DNA of 32,000 nt from the NCBI RefSeq assembly GCF_000446015.1, contig NC_022093.1, forward strand, positions 990,001 to 1,022,000, given 5' to 3'. Source of the DNA: Thermofilum adornatum. Lineage in GTDB: Archaea > Thermoproteota > Thermoprotei > Thermofilales > Thermofilaceae. Numbering within the stretch: position 1 is the first letter of the stretch; the number at the start of each line of letters is the position of its first letter. The translations under genes and the position numbers were made by a program. The notes under the pieces are model-generated. The model made no database searches. It was not told the DNA's origin and was given only the letters and a program-made list of their open reading frames with translations. Below are positions 8,461 through 16,767 of this stretch, piece after piece.

Positions 8461-9666
8461 ATGACAACAATGAGAGCTGCTTTAGTAACAGCAGAATTTG
8501 CTCCACGCCCAGGCTACAAAATATCACAGGATGAAATTCGGACGAGAAAGGTAAGGGAAGGTGCAAAAGTATGGAAAAATCCAAAACTCGTACTGAGGAC
8601 TGACTACCCAGTCCCAGAGCCAAAGCCAGACGAGATACTTATAAGAGTAAAAGCTGTAGGCATATGTGGGAGTGATATCCACTTCCTCGAGACAGACAAC
8701 GATGGCTACATTATTTACCCAGGTCTCACAAGATTCCCGGTAGTCATAGGACATGAATTCAGCGGCGTAGTAGAAAAGGTCGGGACAAACGTGAAAAACT
8801 ACAAGCCAGGAGACATGGTGACAAGCGAAGAAATGTTCTGGTGCGGTGAATGCGACGCGTGCAGAAGCGTCGACTTTAACCACTGCATACGGCTAAATGA
8901 CCCGGCAGACCTAGAATTTGGTGAACTCGGCTTCACCCACGACGGCGCAATGGCTGACTTTGTTGTTGTAAAAGCAAAGTATGCATGGAAAATAGATTCT
9001 TTAGTAGACAGGTATGGTAGCGAAGAAAAAGCCTTCGAAGCCGGAAGCCTGGTAGAGCCAACAAGCGTCGCCTATCACGCTATATTCACGAGAGCCGGCG
9101 GCTTCAAACCAGGAGCATACGTTGTTGTCTGGGGAGCTGGGCCAATAGGCCTAGCAGCTATTGCTCTTTCCAAGGCCGGGGGAGCCGGGAAAATTATAGC
9201 CTTCGAGGTCAGCCCAGAAAGACGTGAACTTGCAAAGAAAGTTGGAGCCGACTACGTGTTTAACCCAGTTGACCTCTCTAAGAATGGCACAGAGCCATGG
9301 GAGAAAATCATGGAGATAACTGACGGGCAAGGAGCAGACGTCCACATAGAGGCCGCGGGTGCACCACACCGTACAGTTCCCCACATGCAGAAAAGCCTGG
9401 CAATAAATGGCAAAATTATCCAGATTGGCCGTGCCCCGCAAGAAGTGCCAATTTACCTCGAAGTTTTCCAGGTGAGACGCGGTCAAATATTTGGTAGCCA
9501 GGGGCACAGCGGCTTCGGGAACTTCGGCAACGTGATAAGGCTTATGGCCGCTGGCAGGATAGATATGACACAGATAATTACTTCTCGATTCAGCCTAGAC
9601 GACGTCTACAAGGCTTTTGAACGTGCACACCAGAGGATAGATGGAAAGATAACGATAAAGCCGTAA
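8461..9666 (+). CDS. zinc-dependent medium-chain dehydrogenase/reductase (polyol/sugar dehydrogenase type; IolM-like candidate)
   Basis: Catalytic Zn ligands GICGSD and GHEFSG, a structural Zn cluster CGECDACRSVDFNHC, and a Rossmann VVVWGAGPIGLAA. There is an unusual N-terminal insertion (FAPRPGYKISQDEIRTRKVREGAKVW) and an ETDNDGYIIYPGL loop. Confidence 0.85.
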   Translation: MTTMRAALVTAEFAPRPGYKISQDEIRTRKVREGAKVWKNPKLVLRTDYPVPEPKPDEILIRVKAVGICGSDIHFLETDNDGYIIYPGLTRFPVVIGHEFSGVVEKVGTNVKNYKPGDMVTSEEMFWCGECDACRSVDFNHCIRLNDPADLEFGELGFTHDGAMADFVVVKAKYAWKIDSLVDRYGSEEKAFEAGSLVEPTSVAYHAIFTRAGGFKPGAYVVVWGAGPIGLAAIALSKAGGAGKIIAFEVSPERRELAKKVGADYVFNPVDLSKNGTEPWEKIMEITDGQGADVHIEAAGAPHRTVPHMQKSLAINGKIIQIGRAPQEVPIYLEVFQVRRGQIFGSQGHSGFGNFGNVIRLMAAGRIDMTQIITSRFSLDDVYKAFERAHQRIDGKITIKP

Positions 9667-9704
9667 CAAATAAATATGACAATGGCATAAAATAGGTGAT
9701 AAGG

Positions 9705-10616
9705 ATGGTTGAATACGAAGCACGTTTCTCAAAGCCCTATTACAACAAGTTTGGCGAAAAAATCTACCTAGACCAAATGACTATGGCTGAATTGCTTGAG
9801 AGAGTAAAAAAGAACGACATTATACTTGTCCCATGTGGATCAACAGAATCACATGGTTTAGGTCAAGCCACCGGAGAGGACACAATCATCGGTTCCTACA
9901 TTGCTGAACGTATAGCATTTGAGACTGGGATAACTGTAGCCCCTCCGATATTCTATGGCTCGCACCCATCGCACCACTACGGCATGCCAGGAACTATCCC
10001 CGTTAAGAAAGAAGCTTATATCGATTACGTCACAAGCGTAGTTAAATGGCTAAGCAACGCAGGATTCAAAAAAATCATTCTCTTTAACAGCCACGGTCAG
10101 GAATATGTTTTACCAATAGTCAAGGACAAGGCAATAATTGAGGAAGGAGTAAAAGCCCTCATCTTAGTTACAAGCTGGTGGGCCTGGGTAAGAGACATAC
10201 TAAGGCAGGGAACAGAACTCAAACCAGGACTTGTCCTAGAGACACCATTCATACACGCCGACGAACTCGAGGCAAGTGTTCTCTGGTACGTTGCACCCAA
10301 ACTAGTCGACCCAGCAAAGCTAAAGGAAAGCGACGCAGAAAAAATGGTAGGAGTAATCCCTGACAAATGGGCAGACAAGGCTGGAAACGTCTATGGAAGA
10401 CCCTTCGGCTGGTACGATATAAGCGCCTACATGGAGATCCACTATTACCCGAAGGGAAGCGTTGGTTTCCCAAGTAAGGCTAGCAGAGAAAAGGGAGAGG
10501 TCGTTGTAGAAACAGCGATCCAGAGAATAACGGAGTTCATCGAGTGGCTACACAAAACTTATCCTCCAGGAGTAGTTCCACAGGTCTGGCCTAACCCTGG
10601 AGACTTTAAGTACTAA
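9705..10616 (+). CDS. creatininase-superfamily metal-dependent hydrolase (IolN-like candidate)
   Basis: Family blocks CGSTESHGLGQATGEDT, FNSHGQE and IHADELEAS. ATG 9705 lies 5 nt after AGGTGA (9694-9699), so the track's GTG 9696 start is probably over-extended. Confidence 0.8.
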   Translation: MVEYEARFSKPYYNKFGEKIYLDQMTMAELLERVKKNDIILVPCGSTESHGLGQATGEDTIIGSYIAERIAFETGITVAPPIFYGSHPSHHYGMPGTIPVKKEAYIDYVTSVVKWLSNAGFKKIILFNSHGQEYVLPIVKDKAIIEEGVKALILVTSWWAWVRDILRQGTELKPGLVLETPFIHADELEASVLWYVAPKLVDPAKLKESDAEKMVGVIPDKWADKAGNVYGRPFGWYDISAYMEIHYYPKGSVGFPSKASREKGEVVVETAIQRITEFIEWLHKTYPPGVVPQVWPNPGDFKY

Positions 10617-10697
10617 AGATAACTCGTTTATAAATTATCTTTCTTATTTTTAACTTATAGCAAAACAATTATACTTTTCCCAGATAATTATTATTTC

Positions 10698-11714
10698 GTG
10701 CCAAAACCAAAAGTATACGTAACAAGAATTATACCAGAGCCAGGCCTCTCAATGCTTCGAGAATGCTGTGAAATTGAGCTCCACGAGTCAAAAGAATATC
10801 CACCGTCCCGCGAAGAGCTTATCAAAAAGATTCGCGACAAGGATGCCCTCTTATGCCTCTTGACAGACAAAATAGACGCAGAAGTAATGGATGCCGCCCC
10901 CAATCTTAAAGTCATAAGCACGTATTCCGTCGGCTTCGACCACATAGATATTCCAGAAGCCACCAAGAGAGGGATCTACGTGACGCACACTCCAGGCGTC
11001 CTCACTGATGCTGTTGCAGAATTCACAGTAGGGCTAATCCTGGCTGTTACAAGGAGAATAGTAGAGGCAGACAAAATAATTAGGAGCGGACAATGGGACA
11101 AGCCCTGGAACCCATATTTCCTGACAGGTCCAGAGCTTAAAGGAAAAACAATTGGACTCATAGGGCTCGGAAGGATAGGCGTAGCCACTGCTAAGAGACT
11201 CTCTAGTTTCGAGGTGAAAATACTGTATTATGACCTTGAGAGACGCTGGGACGTAGAAACAGTACTTCCAAACATGCAGTTCGCAGACATAGACACAGTT
11301 CTCAGCGAGTCCGACATCGTGTCAATACATGTTCCACTGACAAAGGATACATACCACTTGATAAATGAAGAGAAATTGAAGAAAATGAAGAAGACAGCCT
11401 ACCTTATAAATACAGCTAGAGGACCCGTAGTAGATACAGAAGCCCTCGTAAAAGCATTAAGGGAAGGATGGATCGCTGGAGCCGCACTAGACGTGTTTGA
11501 GCAGGAGCCTCTGCCTCCAACTCATCCTTTGACAAAATTTGACAATGTTGTTCTTGCTCCACACATTGCAAGCGCAACCATCGAGGCTAGACAAAGAATG
11601 GCAGAACTTGCGGCTAGAAACCTCATTGCAGTTCTAAAAGGTGAAATGCCCCCAGCCCTAGTAAACAAGGAAGTCTTAAAGATTAGACCACTAGAAAAAG
11701 TCAAAATGATATAA
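10698..11714 (+). CDS. gyaR: glyoxylate/hydroxypyruvate reductase, D-2-hydroxyacid dehydrogenase family
   Basis: Near-collinear resemblance to Pyrococcus GyaR: PKPKVYVTR, EATKRGIYVTHTPGVLTDA, GKTIGLIGLGRIGVATAKRL, INTARGPVVD, ALDVFEQEP and LAPHIASAT. It uses a GTG start with a TATA-like AATTATAC about 25 nt upstream. Confidence 0.9.
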   Translation: MPKPKVYVTRIIPEPGLSMLRECCEIELHESKEYPPSREELIKKIRDKDALLCLLTDKIDAEVMDAAPNLKVISTYSVGFDHIDIPEATKRGIYVTHTPGVLTDAVAEFTVGLILAVTRRIVEADKIIRSGQWDKPWNPYFLTGPELKGKTIGLIGLGRIGVATAKRLSSFEVKILYYDLERRWDVETVLPNMQFADIDTVLSESDIVSIHVPLTKDTYHLINEEKLKKMKKTAYLINTARGPVVDTEALVKALREGWIAGAALDVFEQEPLPPTHPLTKFDNVVLAPHIASATIEARQRMAELAARNLIAVLKGEMPPALVNKEVLKIRPLEKVKMI

Positions 11715-11753
11715 AGGGAAAATCCATAAATCAATGTTTTTTCTTTTCTTCAC

Positions 11754-12545
11754 ATGAGCTTATCTCAGGTTAAGCGGCTCATAAAGAAGGTAGACCTAGT
11801 CCTAGAGGTTGTAGATGCACGCGACCCATGGGGGACTAGAAGCATAGAAGTAGAGAGATACGCAGAGAAGCTTGGAAAGCCGATTATACTCGTTATAAAT
11901 AAAAGCGATCTCGTCCCAAAGGAAGTTCTCGCCAAATGGAAAAAAGTTCTAGGAAAAAGACATCCAGTTATATTTATTTCAGTAGCCAAAAGGCTGGGAA
12001 CAAGAAACCTGTGGAAAATCCTACGAAATCATGCCCCCAAGAAAAGCAAGAACAAACCAGTACTCGTAGCCGTGGTAGGGATTCCAAACGTCGGGAAGTC
12101 CACCTTAATAAATTATCTCAAGGGGTCTCACAGCGTGGGTACATCGCCAATCCCAGGTTACACCAAGACTACGACAAGGCTAAGGGTCTCAAAATGGTTA
12201 CGGGTCTACGATACACCCGGCATAGTCCCACGGCTTTCCGCGGAGGAGCTCGCCCTCCGGGGCGCACTTAGGCCAGAGGCCCTAGAAGACCCTGTACCAG
12301 CCGCAGTGAAGCTTATCGAGTTCATCTATAAAAAGAAGCCGTCATTTTTAAAGGATCTGTACGGAATAGAGTCGGATAACCCCTACCAGTTCTTGGAGGA
12401 ATTTGCAAAGAAAAGGGGGCTTTTAAAGAAGGGAGGCGAACCAATAATTGAAGAAGCCGCAAGGATAATTATACGGGACTGGCAGACGGGGAAAAATAAT
12501 TTCTACCTAGAGCCCGAAGACTACGATCTACTCGAAGAAAAGTAA
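11754..12545 (+). CDS. circularly permuted GTPase (YlqF/RbgA-YawG type, ribosome-biogenesis class)
   Basis: G4 (INKSDL) precedes G1 (GIPNVGKST) and G3 (DTPGI), which is the permuted order diagnostic of this family. Confidence 0.85.
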   Translation: MSLSQVKRLIKKVDLVLEVVDARDPWGTRSIEVERYAEKLGKPIILVINKSDLVPKEVLAKWKKVLGKRHPVIFISVAKRLGTRNLWKILRNHAPKKSKNKPVLVAVVGIPNVGKSTLINYLKGSHSVGTSPIPGYTKTTTRLRVSKWLRVYDTPGIVPRLSAEELALRGALRPEALEDPVPAAVKLIEFIYKKKPSFLKDLYGIESDNPYQFLEEFAKKRGLLKKGGEPIIEEAARIIIRDWQTGKNNFYLEPEDYDLLEEK

Positions 12546-13409
12546 GGATTGACGCGTATTGTTTCTACAATTGTCAAGTTCACGCCAAAATTCCTTCAAG
12601 GCTTCTAACACGCTTGGACTCGGTGCCAAGTTTTCTCGGACACACCTCAAAATCTCCTGCGGGTTAAACTCTGCTTTATCAATACAGCCTCCCACAAGCC
12701 ATATTGGTGCGTCTAATAGGATTGGAGGTATTCCTGAAGCTTCTCCAACCCGTCTCCATGCCTCCTGGACTTCTTTTTTATATCTACTTCTTAGGTCTCC
12801 AGCTAAGCTCCTTAGATTTTCGTTGCACCTCCACCCCTTGGCTATGCCAGAAGTAAGCGTTACAAGGGAAACTCTATAGTCGACTGGGATTAGAAGTTTT
12901 TCAAAGTTTTTAAAGCCTTTATTTGCCGCCCGACATGTATAAAGAAGCATTTTAGAGGCAAAGAGAATCGTTTTGTCATTTACATCTGCATCCAAAATCT
13001 CGGCAAGTTTATAGCTGAACTCTCCGAGGTCTATTTCTTCACCTTTAAAGGCTTCAATGATTTCCTCTTTGTTTTGGATATATTTCTGGATACGTTTAAT
13101 CCTTGCAGTTCTAAATTTTCTAAGCGAGGCCGAGCACTCTACAAAGCTTAACAAGGATTGGTCTGGGTCGCCTGAAGCATAGCTCGCGGCCGTCATCCAG
13201 TGATCTTCCCCCCTCGTGGCAAGCATATAGCTTACAATGGCTACACCAACTATGTAGAAGGCGCCCTCCGAGAAGCCCATTTTTGATAATATTTCTCTGA
13301 CGGCAGTGTATTGTGGGTCTCTCTCTATAAAGAATTCGTAAAAATCATTGCCAGACTGGCTGAGCAGTCTGGCTAGTTCCTCAACTCTCTTAGAGTCAAA
13401 AAATATCAT
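12528..13409 (-). CDS. archaeal 8-oxoguanine DNA glycosylase/lyase (AGOG family)
   Basis: Blocks shared with Pyrobaculum AGOG: ERDPQYTAVREI, DKTILFASKMLLY (catalytic Lys region), IPVDYRVSLVT (catalytic Asp region) and SGIPPILLDAPIWLVG. The start lies 1 nt after the stop of the upstream gene fragment. Confidence 0.8.
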   Translation of the reverse strand: MIFFDSKRVEELARLLSQSGNDFYEFFIERDPQYTAVREILSKMGFSEGAFYIVGVAIVSYMLATRGEDHWMTAASYASGDPDQSLLSFVECSASLRKFRTARIKRIQKYIQNKEEIIEAFKGEEIDLGEFSYKLAEILDADVNDKTILFASKMLLYTCRAANKGFKNFEKLLIPVDYRVSLVTLTSGIAKGWRCNENLRSLAGDLRSRYKKEVQEAWRRVGEASGIPPILLDAPIWLVGGCIDKAEFNPQEILRCVRENLAPSPSVLEALKEFWRELDNCRNNTRQSLLFFE

Positions 13410-13410
13410 T

Positions 13411-13872
13411 TTAGCTCAGGCTTTGAATAAGCTGGTTTATCTTCTCGTACTCTTTCTTGACTATCTCAATGGCCGCCTTATTCGTTGCGTCGCCGCACAC
13501 TGTTAGCCTGGATTTCTGTGGGTCGTATTCTAGCTTTACCCATACACCATTTGAGCGGTACTTTATCGACAAAGGTGTGACAACTATCTCGGTGTAGAGT
13601 GAGGCTACATGGTCGATTATCTTTCTGCCCTGATTTTCGTCTACGTCTATATCAAGCCTGTATTCTTGGATCTCTGGCAGGGTATCTAGTATGCTTGAAA
13701 GCTTTACCTCCTCAGTCGAGAGTATTTCGAGAAGTTTTCCTATAAAGAGCATTCCGTCGGGGGACAACGAGAACTGTGAGAATATAAACTCGCCTGAATC
13801 AGTAGCCGCAAGGCTCGCCTTAACTTTACGTATTCCCCTTGAAACGTCGCTTGCCTGCCCCTTTATCCTCAA
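13411..13872 (-). CDS. phosphohexomutase (PGM/PMM)-like protein, C-terminal fragment (end of domain III plus domain IV)
   Basis: Collinear with the PGM/PMM C-terminal third (ATDSGEFIF...SPDGMLFIGKLLEIL...VWVKLEYDPQKSRLTV). This reading frame stays open upstream to about 13990 and reads ...LVVTDSTNRLVDLAAEKNRLYL before the track's TTG start. Confidence 0.75.
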   Translation of the reverse strand: MRIKGQASDVSRGIRKVKASLAATDSGEFIFSQFSLSPDGMLFIGKLLEILSTEEVKLSSILDTLPEIQEYRLDIDVDENQGRKIIDHVASLYTEIVVTPLSIKYRSNGVWVKLEYDPQKSRLTVCGDATNKAAIEIVKKEYEKINQLIQSLS

Positions 13873-13934
13873 AAGATACAGTCTATTTTTCTCAGCGGCT
13901 AGATCGACAAGCCTGTTTGTAGAGTCTGTGACTA

Positions 13935-14768
13935 CTAGGCGTGAGCCTCGGGAAGCATTAAGGCAATTGCGGCGACGAGCTTGTCTGGATCTACGTATCT
14001 TCCCTTATCATCTATGATGAATACCTGTGAAGCGTCAGTGCTTAAAGCCGCTCCGAAGGCCGGCTGAGAAGCATTAACTATATCCTGTAGCATGAATATG
14101 TCTCGGACAGGTGGGAGCTGTCGAGGCTTGAGGGCAGAGGGTGGTCTCCCAGCCTTTATCGCGACTAACCTGGCACCTATACTGCCAAGGAAGCTGGGCA
14201 ACACGTCAGATGCCGGCCCGTGGTTTAGGTCGGTGACAACGAGTGGCTCTTTGGCTACAATTGGGGAAGAGTCCACAAAACTGCTAGCCGAAGAAACATA
14301 TATGTCGTGAATGTACTCGGCATAACTTACCCACCCAATCCTGTTCGGGATGCTTCGAACAATGTGCCTTGTTTCATACATCTCAATAAGGTCGCTAAGC
14401 TTCTCATAGGACAGCTCAACGCCTCCAGCATCAATTATTTTCACCTGGATAGCCGAGTCCATGTGCGGGGCCACAGAGAAGTGGACACCTGCTTTTGCAC
14501 CAAAACGCTTTACTGCGAAAGCCAGCTCTGGAAGAGTCGCAGAGTGGAAATCAATTACAGAGTTTCCTGTAGACATTAGTCCAGATGTGAAGGCTCTCTT
14601 AAGCATTCTCGAGGGCGGATAAAGGTCTCGGGCAGCGACTACGAGAGCCCCCTCTCCAAGGATTGTTCCTAGAACAGCTCCAAGTTCGGCCATGTTTTCC
14701 GGTGTAAGCTGGGAATTAGCTATGCCATAGATCCTATTGTTATATATTGGGAATGGACCAGTTCTCAT
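13935..14768 (-). CDS. phosphohexomutase (PGM/PMM)-like protein, N-terminal fragment (domains I-III), ends at a frameshift
   Basis: Collinear with PGM/PMM domains I-III. ATG 14768 is preceded by GAGGTGA (14775-14781), which overlaps the upstream stop. The active-site loop reads GVHFSVAPHMDS instead of the canonical T-A-S-H-N-P, and the metal loop reads LSTDASQ instead of D-G-D-x-D-R. Confidence 0.75.
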   Translation of the reverse strand: MRTGPFPIYNNRIYGIANSQLTPENMAELGAVLGTILGEGALVVAARDLYPPSRMLKRAFTSGLMSTGNSVIDFHSATLPELAFAVKRFGAKAGVHFSVAPHMDSAIQVKIIDAGGVELSYEKLSDLIEMYETRHIVRSIPNRIGWVSYAEYIHDIYVSSASSFVDSSPIVAKEPLVVTDLNHGPASDVLPSFLGSIGARLVAIKAGRPPSALKPRQLPPVRDIFMLQDIVNASQPAFGAALSTDASQVFIIDDKGRYVDPDKLVAAIALMLPEAHA

Positions 14769-14774
14769 GTATAT

Positions 14775-15926
14775 TCACCTCTGCGAGATGTAGACAGTAG
14801 CTCCAGGGCCCAAAACACTACCTCTCCTAATGACGACACCATCTCCAATCACGCTATTTTCCTTTATAACAGTATCATTTTCGACTAAAATATTTTTTGC
14901 CAAAATACTATTTTCAACTAAGACGTTTTCAAGGATCGTCGTCTTACCAATTATCACGGAGTTCCTGATTTTTGTCTTCTTTCCTATAAATGTGTCGCTA
15001 CCTACAACAGCATAGGGACCAATAACTGCGCCCCCATCTATTTCTACATTGTCCCCCAAAGCGACGGGCGGAATTATCGTTGCCCCATGCCGGAGCTCAA
15101 CGTTTTCTCCAAAGAAGTTTCCATCAACAGCCTTACCATAGGGCTTCAGCGGCTCAGCGTATCCATCCAAGAGGTCAAAGTTTGCCCTCAAGAACGTTGC
15201 GGGGCGCCCAACGTCAACCCAGTAGACATCAGAGGCATACCATCCCGATATCCTGTATCCATTTTCCAGTAGCCAGGGAAACACATGTTTTCCGAAGTCC
15301 ATAAGATGCGGGTTTTCTTCCAGTATCTCTAGTATTTCGTGTTTGAATGCGTAGAAACCGCTATTGGCAAGGTTCGCAAAGAGATTTACACGCCTAGTGC
15401 TCAGCATTGCGAAAGCAATAGAGGTCACATACATTTCTTGAAGATCGGGCTTCTCGAGGAAATGATAAATGTAGCCGTTCTGGTCGACGAGGACTGCGCC
15501 AAAGTCTCTCAGAGAGGGGACCTCTATCAGAGCGATACTTGCGAGTGTACCATTTTTCTCGTGATGGTCAGCGAACGATCTGAGATTTATGTTTGTGATG
15601 ACGTCCCCCATGGTTACAATGAAGTCTTCGTCTATGTAGTTTGAGAGTTTCCTGACTGCGTCGGCCGTGTCTGCAGGATGAATAAGTGGCGCAACGATTT
15701 CTAGGTCTGTATCGACCCACTTAGCTACTAGGTGGTTGATTATCTTTTCTGCAAGGTAGTTTACCGCGATCACTACTTTCTTGAATCCATGTAGATGGAG
15801 AAGGGTCAATATGTGATCCATAATGGGCAAGTTTCCCACGGGAAGAAGAGGCTTGGGAGTCGTATAGGTTAATGGTCTTAGGCGTGTCCCCTTACCCCCA
15901 GCAAGCATGACAGCAGTTTTGATCAT
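14775..15926 (-). CDS. sugar-1-phosphate nucleotidylyltransferase with C-terminal left-handed beta-helix domain
   Basis: N-terminal LAGGKGTRLRPLTYTTPKPLLPV signature. The C-terminal third consists of hexapeptide repeats (…VIGPYAVVGSDTFIGKKTKIRNSVIIGKTTILENVLVENSIL…). Confidence 0.85.
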   Translation of the reverse strand: MIKTAVMLAGGKGTRLRPLTYTTPKPLLPVGNLPIMDHILTLLHLHGFKKVVIAVNYLAEKIINHLVAKWVDTDLEIVAPLIHPADTADAVRKLSNYIDEDFIVTMGDVITNINLRSFADHHEKNGTLASIALIEVPSLRDFGAVLVDQNGYIYHFLEKPDLQEMYVTSIAFAMLSTRRVNLFANLANSGFYAFKHEILEILEENPHLMDFGKHVFPWLLENGYRISGWYASDVYWVDVGRPATFLRANFDLLDGYAEPLKPYGKAVDGNFFGENVELRHGATIIPPVALGDNVEIDGGAVIGPYAVVGSDTFIGKKTKIRNSVIIGKTTILENVLVENSILAKNILVENDTVIKENSVIGDGVVIRRGSVLGPGATVYISQR

Positions 15927-16084
15927 TTTTTACTACTAATATTAGTCTTGAAACAAAAATTAGATATTTTTATCTCTTCTAAAATTTTTTAAACAAATAG
16001 AGGACCCAAGGAAAAAAGATGCCTAGACAGAAAGGTCTTTAAAGAGCCTTTTCATCGTAGGTGTATGTGGGAGAACTAGAGCCA

Positions 16085-16585
16085 ATGAGCGCTACAGGCA
16101 TATTCGTTGTGACGAGAAGGCTAGAAGTCTACCAAACAATCGTTTTTGACTATTTTGACAGCGAGGGCGTCTACCACGAGCTCGTAGAAGACGAAGAAAA
16201 GCTCGAAAAAGAACTTAAACTCTTGGCTTCCAACATGCAGGGCTTCCTGGACGAGGAAGAAGTCATACTTAACGGCGAAAGGGTACGCCCCAGAGTCGTT
16301 GGAGTAGATATAGGGTTCAAATCTGTCCCAGAAGAACCGTTCATCACCTATTTTATTTTCTTCAAGGGAAAACCCCTCAAAGGAAAAAACTACTATGAAA
16401 ATATCTATGAAAATACTGTCGCTGACTACCCGATAACAGCATACTGGTACTTTCCATTGAAAAGCAGAATAACAGACGTCCAAATGAGCGGAACCGTAGA
16501 AATAATAGGCTCAAACATTCTGATACTTAGACTCAACGAGGGAGAAAAGGTCTACGGCTACGAAAAAATAGAGTTCGAGCTCTAG
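16085..16585 (+). CDS. hypothetical protein (predicted mostly beta, no recognisable family)
   Basis: Clean ORF with normal composition. ATG 16085 (MSATGIFVV...) is preferred over the track's GTG 16061 because a TTTAAAGA box at 16037-16044 would place the transcript start between them. No motif recognised. Confidence 0.5.
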   Translation: MSATGIFVVTRRLEVYQTIVFDYFDSEGVYHELVEDEEKLEKELKLLASNMQGFLDEEEVILNGERVRPRVVGVDIGFKSVPEEPFITYFIFFKGKPLKGKNYYENIYENTVADYPITAYWYFPLKSRITDVQMSGTVEIIGSNILILRLNEGEKVYGYEKIEFEL

Positions 16586-16767
16586 CCCACCACCACTCAA
16601 ACCTTTTCCCTGGTTTTATTGCCCATAGCCTCCATCTTCAATAATCTATGTGGCCAGTTTCACGAAACAATCAGAACAAATACCAAGAGCTTTTAATGCT
16701 CTCAGTCGCAAATTAACGAAGAACGCACAACATTTTTTATGAACCCAAAGATAGGGCAGTCGAGAAA

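Noticed and set aside
13925-13950. Programmed -1 ribosomal frameshift joining the two phosphohexomutase-like ORFs
   Set aside because: The junction (CAC GCC TAG) has no X-XXY-YYZ slippery heptamer, and I see no obvious downstream stem or pseudoknot. A mutation or a sequencing error is more likely. It cannot be fully excluded without expression data.
14012-14050. Possible C/D-box sRNA (ATGATGA at 14012-14018)
   Set aside because: No matching CTGA D box or terminal stem lies at the right spacing, and the site is inside a coding region. No other RTGATGA...CTGA pair was found in the larger intergenic spacers.
16586-16767. Possible ncRNA or small ORFs in the 182-nt spacer upstream of the RHH gene
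   Set aside because: I found only trivial ORFs (12-22 aa, no start signals) and a weak GAGC-N7-GCTC hairpin. The TTTTTTAT box at 16733-16740 accounts for the 3' part as a promoter. The rest cannot be interpreted by eye.
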